Source of the DNA: Candidatus Bathyarchaeia archaeon
Lineage (GTDB): Archaea > Thermoproteota > Bathyarchaeia > 40CM-2-53-6
Assembly (NCBI GenBank): GCA_050013255.1
Contig: JBEKFP010000001.1
Coordinates: 256,001 to 320,000 of the forward strand
Reading direction: 5' to 3'
Length of the DNA stretch: 64,000 nt
Made by a program: the position numbers and the translations under genes
The notes under the pieces: model-generated
The model's database searches: none
Told to the model about the DNA's origin: nothing
The model's input: only the letters and a program-made list of their open reading frames with translations
In this document: positions 27,909 through 37,088 of the stretch, piece after piece
How the letters are laid out: each line of letters begins with the position of its first letter
Numbering within the stretch: the stretch's first letter is position 1

Positions 27909-29462
27909 TTGTCTAAAACAAGAAGCGCGATCTGTCTTGCAATTGTCCTGCTCATGGTCGGTGGGGCGACGATTCCAATTCTAGCTTTCAATGTGAAGGA
28001 CACGCCTTCCAAGATTCAGCACATCATTTTCATAATCCAAGAAAACCACTCCTTCGACAACTATTTCGGAACCTATCCAGGCGCGAATGGCTTTCCACTT
28101 GGAATCACGATTCCAGTCGATCCCAATCAAACGAACCTAGGGGGTGTTCAACCCTTTCATCTGAATGTAACCCAGCCAGTCCTGATTGTGGGGGATGAGT
28201 TGCCCCCAGGTGTTTCCGACCCTTCGCAGTTAGGAGATGAAGGAAACGGTTCGATGGCGCCTTTCCCATTTGATAATGAATCGATCAACGGTGATCTTAA
28301 CCACGCATGGAGGGTTGCACACGTAGACTATGATGGAGGTAAGATGGATGGGTTCGTTGCCGGCGAGGGGAGCACACTAACGATGGGGTACTACGATAGA
28401 AGTGACATACCTTACTATTGGGATTACGCTGACAATTATGTATTGGACGATAATTTCTTTTCTTCTCAGATGGGTCCGAGCTTTACGAACCATCTGTACA
28501 TCGTCTCTGGGACCAACGGCCCAACGAATGGACTGACTTATCGTTGGGTATTGCACAACGGCGTAATCGATAACCCAGGCAATGGGTTTGGTTGGCAGGG
28601 AGTCAGCCTCTCGTGGGCCACGCTCGCAGAAGAAATGAGCGACGCGAATGCCCCCTGGACTTGGTACGACGGCGACCTGAAACCTCTAGATCCTTCAATC
28701 TGGAACGTCCTCCCCCTCTTCACCTACTTCCAGAACCATCCTGACCAGTTGAAGGAGCATGTGAAGAACACACAACACTTCATCTCAGACGTTCAAAGCG
28801 GACAATTGCCTGCTGTTTCTTGGATAATCCCTGGAGGATGGCATCCGCCCGGTTGGCCGACTGTGTGTATTGGACGATCAACGAGCGAGCATCCACCCTC
28901 CAGAATTGATTGCGGAATGGATTACGTTGCCTACTTGATCAACCAAGTGATGCAGAGCCAATACTGGGAGTCCACCGCTATCGTGCTGACGTGGGATGAT
29001 TATGGAGGGTTCTACGACCACGTCCCCCCGCCGCAAGTAGATCAATACGGTGAGGGGTTCCGGGTCCCAACCCTCGTAATCTCGCCTTGGGCAAAACACC
29101 ATTTCATCGACAACACCCAATACGAATTCGGTTCGTTCTTGAAACTGGCAGAAGAAACATTCAACTTGCCATCACTCGGGACGAGGGATGTAAAAGCGAA
29201 CGACATGATGAATTCGTTTGATTTCAATCAAGCTCCACAATCAGGACTAAATGAGCCAGCTAATTTTGTGGGGCCTGCCCAGTCATCGACGACAACGCAG
29301 CTCTCAACCCAAACGATTGGAACCACAAGTACTGAGTCAGCGATACTCTCGGCGATGGGTTTCTTCTACATCGTTGCGACAGCGGTAGTGGTTACCGCGG
29401 CAATCATAGCCGCGATCGTAATTCGACGATGGAACAGTAGGTTACCGCAAGGGTCTCATTAG
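27909..29462 (+). CDS. Phosphoesterase / phospholipase C family protein, secreted with C-terminal membrane anchor
   Basis: Signal peptide; [41 protein letters not shown]; S/T-rich linker and TM helix. Confidence 0.9.
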   Translation: MSKTRSAICLAIVLLMVGGATIPILAFNVKDTPSKIQHIIFIIQENHSFDNYFGTYPGANGFPLGITIPVDPNQTNLGGVQPFHLNVTQPVLIVGDELPPGVSDPSQLGDEGNGSMAPFPFDNESINGDLNHAWRVAHVDYDGGKMDGFVAGEGSTLTMGYYDRSDIPYYWDYADNYVLDDNFFSSQMGPSFTNHLYIVSGTNGPTNGLTYRWVLHNGVIDNPGNGFGWQGVSLSWATLAEEMSDANAPWTWYDGDLKPLDPSIWNVLPLFTYFQNHPDQLKEHVKNTQHFISDVQSGQLPAVSWIIPGGWHPPGWPTVCIGRSTSEHPPSRIDCGMDYVAYLINQVMQSQYWESTAIVLTWDDYGGFYDHVPPPQVDQYGEGFRVPTLVISPWAKHHFIDNTQYEFGSFLKLAEETFNLPSLGTRDVKANDMMNSFDFNQAPQSGLNEPANFVGPAQSSTTTQLSTQTIGTTSTESAILSAMGFFYIVATAVVVTAAIIAAIVIRRWNSRLPQGSH

Positions 29463-30476
29463 AACCTCGCCGGCCGTCCTTCGAGGAGTCGGCTTGACAC
29501 CTGGACCATAGCCTAGGCGTAGGAGAAGCTGCGGAAAGCCCCTCACGCCCAAAATCTCCCGAAGCCTGGGGAGCAGCTCAGGGACTTCGATCGGTTGGTT
29601 CAAGAAAGATGCCCAGACCTGTTCAGCGCGGCCGCTTAACAATACTCTTTCCAAGGCTTGGCCCGTTGACAACCAGTTCTCTGGGGCATTGGCGTCTGAC
29701 CCAAGCACCGCCAAAACCGGGGACCCAGTGGCAAGTTGACGGTCTTTAGCAGCTTGCCCTTTCCCAAAGTCGAAGGTTCGTACGATAATAGGCGCAAGGG
29801 TGGAAGTGAGGCCTCCCAAACCAAGAGCGAAGCCGGGCATGCCATCGTGGCTAACGTCCCGATTGCGATGCATCCAAGCGGCGAGTTCACGGCGAAAAGA
29901 CGCGTTAGCCATTTGAATGTTGTCACCTTCAGCGACCAGGTCGGCAACTTTGTTGCGGTCACTTTCGCCGAGGATGAAATGAAGCCACGCATCTTCTTTG
30001 CTTGCCGCCGCCTTCAGCTTTGAGAGGACTTTCTCTGGAACCTCACGAGGTTCGAACGGCATACGGTTTGTGTGGCGTTGGGGGATTGCATGGAAGAGTG
30101 AATCATCCTCTGCGGTAGGCTTTCGTTTTTCGCCAAAACCCACGCGTGCCAGAAGGTCGGGTTCATTCTTATCTGGGAAAGTCTTCACTTTGCCCTCATA
30201 ACCAAAATGTCGGAGGGCCACGCGCAAGTTGAGGAGGGCCGCACCACACGCCATCACTAGTTCTCGGTCTTCAGGGTCACAAACGGCGAGAGCCCGAGTT
30301 CGGTCAGCATATAGCTCGACCTCTTCTCCCACGATCTTGAACAGCCAAGGTTGGGAATTGTGTCCTGATGGTGCCAGGGCTGCATAGTTCAAGAGGTAAC
30401 GCAGCTTGTCTGAGGGCTTTCCCTTTTTCGGAAAGATTCGCTCGGAAATCTCCCACGGATTCCATAATTCTGACAT
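29442..30476 (-). CDS. Acg-family FMN-binding nitroreductase-like protein
   Basis: [37 protein letters not shown]. Confidence 0.88.
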   Translation of the reverse strand: MSELWNPWEISERIFPKKGKPSDKLRYLLNYAALAPSGHNSQPWLFKIVGEEVELYADRTRALAVCDPEDRELVMACGAALLNLRVALRHFGYEGKVKTFPDKNEPDLLARVGFGEKRKPTAEDDSLFHAIPQRHTNRMPFEPREVPEKVLSKLKAAASKEDAWLHFILGESDRNKVADLVAEGDNIQMANASFRRELAAWMHRNRDVSHDGMPGFALGLGGLTSTLAPIIVRTFDFGKGQAAKDRQLATGSPVLAVLGSDANAPENWLSTGQALERVLLSGRAEQVWASFLNQPIEVPELLPRLREILGVRGFPQLLLRLGYGPGVKPTPRRTAGEVLMRPLR

Positions 30477-30604
30477 TTCAGAACTCCCCGAATTTCGTGA
30501 AATTTCGGAGTCGCCCAGCTATTAAGAGAATTGCCCAGTTCCCTTGCTAGAACACCAAAAGTCTGTTATCGCTCCTTAACCGATTTTCGCTTCGATGGCC
30601 TACC

Positions 30605-32044
30605 ATGAAGGAGTACGACGTTATCGCAATCGGTACTGGTTCAGCGATGTATGTTCTCGAAGGTTTGATGCAACGGAATCCGAACATCAAAATCGCTGTC
30701 ATAGACAAGGATGAGCCTGGCGGAATATGCCTGACTCGAGGATGCATCCCCTCTAAGATTCTACTATACCCAGCAGAAGTCATCCGCACAATTCAACGGG
30801 CGAAAGTCTTCGGGATTGAGGTCGACTTGAAGACCGTGAATTTTGCGAAGGTAGTGAAACGGATGAGAACGATAATAGACAAAGATATAGAATCAATAAG
30901 GCAAGGCCTATCCAGTTCCCCAAACATCGACTACTACCACGCCACCGCTGAATTTACCGGCCCGTACACGCTCAAGGTTCAAGGTGAGACGATCAGGTCG
31001 AACATGATTCTCCTCTCCACGGGCTCACAGACGGCCATACCCCCCATTGATGGCTTGAAGGAAGCAGGATACTACACCAGCGACACCATTCTTTACGAAA
31101 CGAAACTACCCAGAAGCATTGCAATCGTCGGGGGCGGCTACATAGCGGCCGAATACGGCCATTTCCTATCGGCGATGGGTTCGAAGGTTACGATAATTGG
31201 CAGAAACCCGCAGTTCCTCCCACAAGAAGAGCCTGAGGTCTCTGCACTCGCCAAAGAGGAGCTAGGGAAACACATGACTATCCTGACAAATTATGAGGTC
31301 ATGCAAGTGGGTAAGACGCCCGGCGGCAAGAAGAAACTCGTTGCTGTGGATAGAGAAACTGGGCAGAAAACACCGATTACCGCTGATGAAGTAATGATTG
31401 CCACAGGGCGAGGACCTGGCACCGACATTCTTCACCCGGACCGCGCTGGAATTCAGACTGACGCGCACGGGTGGATTGTAGTCGACGAGTATTTGCAAAC
31501 AACGTCCCCAAACGTCTGGGCGTTCGGCGACGCGAACGGCAAGTACCTCTTCAAACACAAAGCCAACTACGATGCTGAAATAGTCTATTACAACGCTGTC
31601 CTGGGGAGGAAGACTCCCTTCGACTACCACGCCGTCCCACACGCCGTCTTCACAGATCCTGAAATTGCGAGCGTCGGGCTGGGGGAGGAAGAAGCGGTAG
31701 AACGACTCGGCCCGGGCAGGATTCTGATCGGTTTTGAACGATATGAGGACACGGCCAAAGGAGAAGCCATGGCTGTGAAGAACTTCTTCGTTAAGGTAAT
31801 CTTGGAAAGGGATAGCCTCCGCATACTGGGCGCTCACCTTATCGGTCCAGAGGCGTCCGTCCTAATCCAGGAAATCATCAACCTCATGTACACGCCGGAC
31901 CAGAGCGCGCGGCCCCTGATGGCTGCGATGCACATTCACCCCGCGCTGAGCGAGGTAATCCAGCGAGCGTTCGGATCACTAATGACGCCTGAACAGTACC
32001 ACCACCAACTAGGCCACATGATGGGACACGAAGAGCACGCCTGA
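30605..32044 (+). CDS. Pyridine nucleotide-disulfide oxidoreductase (dihydrolipoamide dehydrogenase / mycothione reductase-like)
   Basis: GGICLTRGCIPSK, VGGGYIAAE, HIHPALSE. Confidence 0.9.
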   Translation: MKEYDVIAIGTGSAMYVLEGLMQRNPNIKIAVIDKDEPGGICLTRGCIPSKILLYPAEVIRTIQRAKVFGIEVDLKTVNFAKVVKRMRTIIDKDIESIRQGLSSSPNIDYYHATAEFTGPYTLKVQGETIRSNMILLSTGSQTAIPPIDGLKEAGYYTSDTILYETKLPRSIAIVGGGYIAAEYGHFLSAMGSKVTIIGRNPQFLPQEEPEVSALAKEELGKHMTILTNYEVMQVGKTPGGKKKLVAVDRETGQKTPITADEVMIATGRGPGTDILHPDRAGIQTDAHGWIVVDEYLQTTSPNVWAFGDANGKYLFKHKANYDAEIVYYNAVLGRKTPFDYHAVPHAVFTDPEIASVGLGEEEAVERLGPGRILIGFERYEDTAKGEAMAVKNFFVKVILERDSLRILGAHLIGPEASVLIQEIINLMYTPDQSARPLMAAMHIHPALSEVIQRAFGSLMTPEQYHHQLGHMMGHEEHA

Positions 32045-32177
32045 AGGATACAACGAGCGCAATGGAACGTTAGAGTATGCATACCATGTCAGCGCCCAAA
32101 TAGCACCAATGACCAAGTATGCGCTCACAATTTGAAATCTTAATCTGTTATCAGCGTTAACCATCTCGGAGTTTAGA

Positions 32178-32444
32178 TCACAATATGCGCCGAAACGCGA
32201 TTATGGCCAATAATACCATCATCCCAGTGAAGGTATCCTCTGTAGGCGACAGGACAGTTACCAACATACGTTGGAGAGTTGTCTTACCGGCACCGTTAGG
32301 CCCTATGAGTCCGAACACTTCATGCTTGATTTCAAGATCCAAATGATCGACTGCTGTGAAGTCGCCCGAATTTTTTCGTAATGCCAAAAGTCTGCACAGC
32401 TAGATCCAGTGGGAGTCGCCATCCGGATTGTTTTCGAGCTCCAT
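32178..32444 (-). pseudogene. ABC transporter remnant (ATPase N-terminus fused to a permease-like C-terminus)
   Basis: Walker A GPNGAGKTT followed about 15 codons later by a hydrophobic MMVLLAIIAFRRIL end; in-frame TAG between ATG 32444 and the ATPase segment. Confidence 0.65.
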
Positions 32445-32463
32445 GAAGGATGAAGTCTGCCGG

Positions 32464-33270
32464 TTAGATAACGACCCGTGGGTACAGTTTGGCAGCGATG
32501 GCAACGTTTATCGCGGTGGCAACAAGCAGGAATAGTAGGTCGAAGGGCACTCCGTACACGGTGGGTCCGTTGCTGAGCATCAAAGCTCGCAGCGCATCAA
32601 CCTCATAAGTTAACGGATTAATCTGCGAGATAACCTGCAACCAACTTGGCATTATCGAGATCGGGTAAATTGCATTGCTTGCAAAGAAGAGTGGCATGGT
32701 AAGAATTTGGCCTATTCCCATGAATCGCTCGCGTGTTTTCACCAAGCATGCTATGATCAAAGAGAACGTGGAGAATAAGGCAGACCCCAGAATTATGACC
32801 ACCACAACCGCCAGGAGCGAAATAATGTTCCAACTCAAGCGTACACCGAGGGCAAGAGCGAGGGCGTAGACGATAACTGCTTGAGCTAGGCCTCGTTCTC
32901 CCGCGGAAAGCGCTTTTCCGAGAACTAACGCTGATCGAGGAGTCGGTGTGGCCAAGAATTTGTGAACGATACCGAGATCACGCTCCCAAATGATCGCTAT
33001 GCCGTAGAAGATGGCGATGAAGAGGACGCTTTGTGCTAAGATTCCAGGAGCCATGAAATCAATGTACGGCAGGTTGCCGGTTGGGATGGCCCTGATCTGA
33101 GCCAATACCTCGCCGAAAATTAACAGCCAGAGGGCCGGCTGAACCGCACGTGTTATGAGTTCGGTCGAGTCGTGGTGGAGTTTGCGAGCTTCCAGTTCAG
33201 CGATTGTCAGGGTTTTCCCTGTGAAATTAGCTATGACGCCGAAATAGTCAATGATTCCGAGCCTTTGCAT
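32464..33270 (-). CDS. ABC-2 type (DrrB-like) permease
   Basis: FMAPGILAQS, WERDLG, NPLTYEVDALR. Confidence 0.92.
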   Translation of the reverse strand: MQRLGIIDYFGVIANFTGKTLTIAELEARKLHHDSTELITRAVQPALWLLIFGEVLAQIRAIPTGNLPYIDFMAPGILAQSVLFIAIFYGIAIIWERDLGIVHKFLATPTPRSALVLGKALSAGERGLAQAVIVYALALALGVRLSWNIISLLAVVVVIILGSALFSTFSLIIACLVKTRERFMGIGQILTMPLFFASNAIYPISIMPSWLQVISQINPLTYEVDALRALMLSNGPTVYGVPFDLLFLLVATAINVAIAAKLYPRVVI

Positions 33271-34106
33271 TAACCCACCCTTCTCGCTACTCGCCTTACT
33301 CTCGATGTCTCACGAAAACCTCCAGCTGAGTCAACCTCAGCACCGGAGTAGTACGCAAACACATCATCCAGTGTGGCACCATCTCCGACAGACGACTTCA
33401 GTTCGGACGGGCTACCGATCGCAGCGACTTTGCCAAGGTGCATTATTGCAAGGCGAGCACACAGTTGCTCAGCTTCGTCCATGTAATGCGTGGTTAGAAG
33501 GAGGGTCGTCCCGTAATCTGCTCGCAGTTGCTGAATGTGTTGCCACACTGCCTTGCGAGCCACCGGGTCCAAGCCTACGGTAGGTTCGTCCAAGAATAGA
33601 ACCTTGGGTCTATGTAGCATGGCTTGTGCGATTTCCAGCCGCCTAATCATACCGCCGGAATATGTCCGCACAAGCTTGTCTGCGAAGTCTGATATTCCCA
33701 TGAAGTCGAGAACATCGCTAATCCGTTGCTGGCGTACTTTGCGTGGGATATCGTAGAGTTTAGCGAAGATCAATAGATTCTCGTAGCCCGTTAGGCCGCC
33801 GTCGGCTGAGAGAAGCTGTGGAACATATCCGATTACTCTCCTCACTCCCACCGCTTCATGGGTAATACTGTGGCCGTCCACAGAAGCATTTCCAGCGGTT
33901 GGAGGCAGTAAAGTTGTAAGCATTTTGATTACAGTAGTCTTACCTGCTCCATTTGGTCCAACTAGGCCAAATATTTCCCCAGGTTCAATCGAAATTGTCA
34001 ACTCGGCAACAGCAGTAAAATCACCGAAACGTTTAGTGAGCGACTGTGTTTGAAGTATCGCGCCAGCTTTGCTCTCTTGTTGTGTTACCGACTCAATTCT
34101 TTGCAG
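33270..34106 (-). CDS. ABC transporter ATP-binding protein (DrrA-like); probable CTG start at 34106
   Basis: GPNGAGKTT, YSGGM, LFLDEPTVGLDP, TTHYM; GGAGG 8 nt upstream of CTG. Confidence 0.9.
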   Translation of the reverse strand: MQRIESVTQQESKAGAILQTQSLTKRFGDFTAVAELTISIEPGEIFGLVGPNGAGKTTVIKMLTTLLPPTAGNASVDGHSITHEAVGVRRVIGYVPQLLSADGGLTGYENLLIFAKLYDIPRKVRQQRISDVLDFMGISDFADKLVRTYSGGMIRRLEIAQAMLHRPKVLFLDEPTVGLDPVARKAVWQHIQQLRADYGTTLLLTTHYMDEAEQLCARLAIMHLGKVAAIGSPSELKSSVGDGATLDDVFAYYSGAEVDSAGGFRETSRVRRVARRVG

Positions 34107-34575
34107 AGTCTTTCCCTCCGGTAAAGAGTTCGCTGAGCATTCGCATGGCTGTCGTAATAGTGGCGCGGTCAGATGCGGAAAGCTGGCGGAGCCTCTCTTC
34201 CAAGTTAGCCATGGTCGCCGCACGCGCAGATTCAAGTCTGGCGCGCCCAGCCTCCGTAAGCGTCAGCGTCATACGCCGTCGATCCTCAGGGTCTGTTCGA
34301 CGACTGACCAATCCACGAGCAACCAATCCATCGACGAGCAATGACATGGTTGGGAGGGTTAATCCAATGTGGTCGCCTACTTCGGATAGCGAAGCGCCCT
34401 CGTTTCTGTATACAAAAGCCAACGTTCGATACTGCGGCACAGACATTTCCTTGGCACCGTGCTTTCGCAACTCGGCTCGAATCACTCGGAAGACCATTGG
34501 CACAACGTCTAGGACTTCGTGTGCACACTCTCCTACAGAAGACCGTATCGTGCTCGCTTGCATTTTCGTTCGCAA
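34093..34575 (-). CDS. MarR family transcriptional regulator
   Basis: LVDGLVARGLVSRRTDPEDRRRMTLTLTEAG. Confidence 0.92.
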   Translation of the reverse strand: MRTKMQASTIRSSVGECAHEVLDVVPMVFRVIRAELRKHGAKEMSVPQYRTLAFVYRNEGASLSEVGDHIGLTLPTMSLLVDGLVARGLVSRRTDPEDRRRMTLTLTEAGRARLESARAATMANLEERLRQLSASDRATITTAMRMLSELFTGGKDSAKN

Positions 34576-34689
34576 ACTGAACTGTTTGGAGACCTAAGTA
34601 TTTACAGTTAATGGGTGATCTCTGTCTTGGAAAATGAGCCGACGCACCTTAACCGGCCCTTTTCTAAACTAACTTTAGGCGGTCAAGGC

Positions 34690-35154
34690 GTGATAGCAAC
34701 TATTGAAGAACTTAGGAGACTGCTGGTGGCCGTTGACGGTTCAGACAACGCTGCCCGTGCAGCTAAAGTTGCTGTGGCTTTAGCCAAAAAGTTCGGAGCG
34801 GAACTGATTGTATGCCATGTCATTCCAACGCCAACTTATTCGCTCGCCCAAGCAGACGTGTTAGGCGCAGGCGGACTATTGCTCGATTACTTTGAGAGCG
34901 CTCACAAAGACGCGAAGAAACTGGTGGATGGAGTTGTCAAGCTTGCAGAAGCGGACGATGTGAAAGCCATCGGTGTGATACGCGATAACGTGTTCTCGGT
35001 CGTGGAGGCCATAGTGAACCTTGCAGAAGACAGGAACACTGATGTAATCGTAATTGGAACGCGTGGATTGACTGGTTTCAGAAAACTGCTAGTCGGAAGC
35101 GTATCATCAGGAGTGATTGCCCACGCCCATTGCTCAGTGTTCATAGTTAGATAA
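34690..35154 (+). CDS. Universal stress protein (UspA family)
   Basis: LLVAVDGS, IVIGTRGLTG..LLVGSVS..AHCSVFIVR. Confidence 0.92.
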   Translation: MIATIEELRRLLVAVDGSDNAARAAKVAVALAKKFGAELIVCHVIPTPTYSLAQADVLGAGGLLLDYFESAHKDAKKLVDGVVKLAEADDVKAIGVIRDNVFSVVEAIVNLAEDRNTDVIVIGTRGLTGFRKLLVGSVSSGVIAHAHCSVFIVR

Positions 35155-35267
35155 GGAATGAACTTTACGACTGGAATGAGTCAGTTCATTTCCTCCTCCA
35201 TTCGCAGACTCGCTCACTCACTTTCGGTCTTCGACACGCAAAGTAAAAGGCTTAGTAGAGAAAATTC

Positions 35268-35457
35268 TGGCGGGCCCGCCGGGATTTGAACCCGGGACCC
35301 TTCCCCAAGAAGGCTTCTCGGCCGGTTTCTTTTCGGGTGGCTTCCCATGGGTTCTAAAAGCCCAGAGGTAAAAGCATCACCGACACCCGCTCGGCGTCTC
35401 CGATGCTCTACCTTTTCAGGATCCAATTTCGAAAGGATCTGACTGAGCTACGGGCCC
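35268..35457 (-). tRNA. tRNA-Lys(UUU) with four BHB introns (35414-35440, 35376-35399, 35339-35368, 35301-35332)
   Basis: Spliced product GGGCCCG TA GCTC AGTCAGGTA GAGC A TCGGG CTTTTAA CCCGA GGGTC CCGGG TTCAAAT CCCGG CGGGCCC G CCA; each intron bounded by a BHB motif. Confidence 0.88.
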
Positions 35458-35509
35458 CGAAGGCTCACAGCACGGACCACTATCAAAAGCGTTTCGCACG
35501 TATGAAGTT

Positions 35510-36457
35510 CTATGATGGTGCTTCTCCAAGAACCACAGTTACCGTGCCTTGTCCGTTGTTGCGCCCGATCGAGAGTTCGAGGTTCTCGCCGACCTTCTTG
35601 TTCTGGACAGAATGCTGCAAATCCTCCCAGCTCTTCAGCGGCTTCTTGTCGGCTTCTAGGATTACGTCGCCGGCGGATACGCCGCCCTGGTTAGCAGGGC
35701 TACCCCTCCCCACTTTGACAACCAATACGCCGTTCTCGCTTGGGATATCGTATGATTCAGCTATATCCCTGTTCAATGTCATACCTGAGATTCCTAGGTA
35801 CGGTCGGACAACTCGTCCGTTCTGTAAGATTTCCTTCGCAATTCTCCTGGCCGTATTGATTGGGATGGCGAACCCAATGCCCTGCGCAAACGGTATGTTC
35901 GCCGTGTTAACACCGATAACCGACCCCGTGCTGTCAACCAATGGGCCGCCGCTGTTTCCCGGGTTGATTGCTGCGTCGGTCTGAATCAAATCCTCATACA
36001 TGTGATCTTCGATGTGTATGTGCCTCCTCAGCGCACTTACTACGCCAACGGTTGCAGTCGGCCCTGGAAGCAAGAACCCGTATGGGTTACCAATCGCTAT
36101 GGCAATTTGTCCAACGACTAGGTTGTCCGAATCCCCCAACTTCACTTTAGGCAGGTCTTCGCCGTCCACGCGAACGACGGCAATGTCGGACATGGCGTCC
36201 GAGCCTAGAACTTCGCCTTTGAATTTCTTGCCTTCAGGGGTTACGACTTCGACGCGCGACGCATCTTCAACTATGTGGTGGTTGGTTAAGATTCCGCCAT
36301 TAGAATCAAATATTATGCCTGACCCTAAACCGCGTAATGGTATTGTGTCGAAGAAATTCTCGCGAATCACACGTAGAGTCGCCACAGTCACTACGGCGGG
36401 GCTGACTGTCTGGATCGCAGCAGTTACATCCTTCTCGTTAACAGGAATCAATTCCAA
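35510..36457 (-). CDS. HtrA/DegP-family serine protease with PDZ domain
   Basis: LTNHHIV, SDIAVV, TDAAINPGNSGGPL and a PDZ domain; no obvious signal peptide; probable TTG start at 36457. Confidence 0.93.
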   Translation of the reverse strand: MELIPVNEKDVTAAIQTVSPAVVTVATLRVIRENFFDTIPLRGLGSGIIFDSNGGILTNHHIVEDASRVEVVTPEGKKFKGEVLGSDAMSDIAVVRVDGEDLPKVKLGDSDNLVVGQIAIAIGNPYGFLLPGPTATVGVVSALRRHIHIEDHMYEDLIQTDAAINPGNSGGPLVDSTGSVIGVNTANIPFAQGIGFAIPINTARRIAKEILQNGRVVRPYLGISGMTLNRDIAESYDIPSENGVLVVKVGRGSPANQGGVSAGDVILEADKKPLKSWEDLQHSVQNKKVGENLELSIGRNNGQGTVTVVLGEAPS

Positions 36458-36740
36458 TGATACCTCGGAGCAAAATGAAAACAACCGCGCTCTATTTAAT
36501 GACTAACTGATGACAAAATCAGACAAGAGGGCTAACGAGATGGCTGAAGAAGTTCCTTAGGTGCGGAAAATGTGGTTACGAATCCCTTTCCGAAACGTTG
36601 AACTCACCATGCCCTAAATGCAAGAGCCAAACGCTCGAAGAGAAAGACACGAAAGCCTTGTCGGGCTTCGATGATTAGACAGACGTCACTGCACTAGCGT
36701 CTTGGCCAGTCTTTATTGTAGAGGAGTGCCGAACGCGGGT

Positions 36741-36845
36741 TGGCGCCCTTCGCCAGGAGAAGCCTAGGCTGCTCCTTTGGGCGGGATTCGAACCCGCGTC
36801 GACGACGTGACAGGCCGTCATCCTAGACCACTGAACGACCAGGGC
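36741..36845 (-). tRNA. tRNA-Asp(GUC) with a BHB intron (36749-36777) in the acceptor stem at 68/69
   Basis: GCCCTGG..CTGTCAC..GCGGG TTCGAAT CCCGC CCA[29 nt]GGGC G CCA; perfect BHB CGCC-CA^A-AGGAG..CTCCT-GGCG-AA^G. Confidence 0.9.
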
Positions 36846-36971
36846 ATCGGCATCCCAGAAATCGCTGTGCCAGCTTAAAGCATTGCTACAATATACACTC
36901 CCGGAACAGAGAAGACGCCTACCTTACGCTTCTTCGCAAGGATGTGACGAGATACGGACTCATATTCGATT

Positions 36972-37088
36972 ATGTTGCTAATCATTGTCGCGGCGCTGAT
37001 TCTTGTACCAGTCATCGTAGCCTACGCACATGTTCGTCAACGCCTGCTTGAAAGAATCTTTAAGAATAATTTCATCGGCGGGTTGTAA
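36972..37088 (+). CDS. Possible small single-TM membrane protein (38 aa)
   Basis: MLLIIVAALILVPVIVAYAHVRQRLLERIFKNNFIGGL; below the ORF-track cutoff. Confidence 0.3.
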   Translation: MLLIIVAALILVPVIVAYAHVRQRLLERIFKNNFIGGL

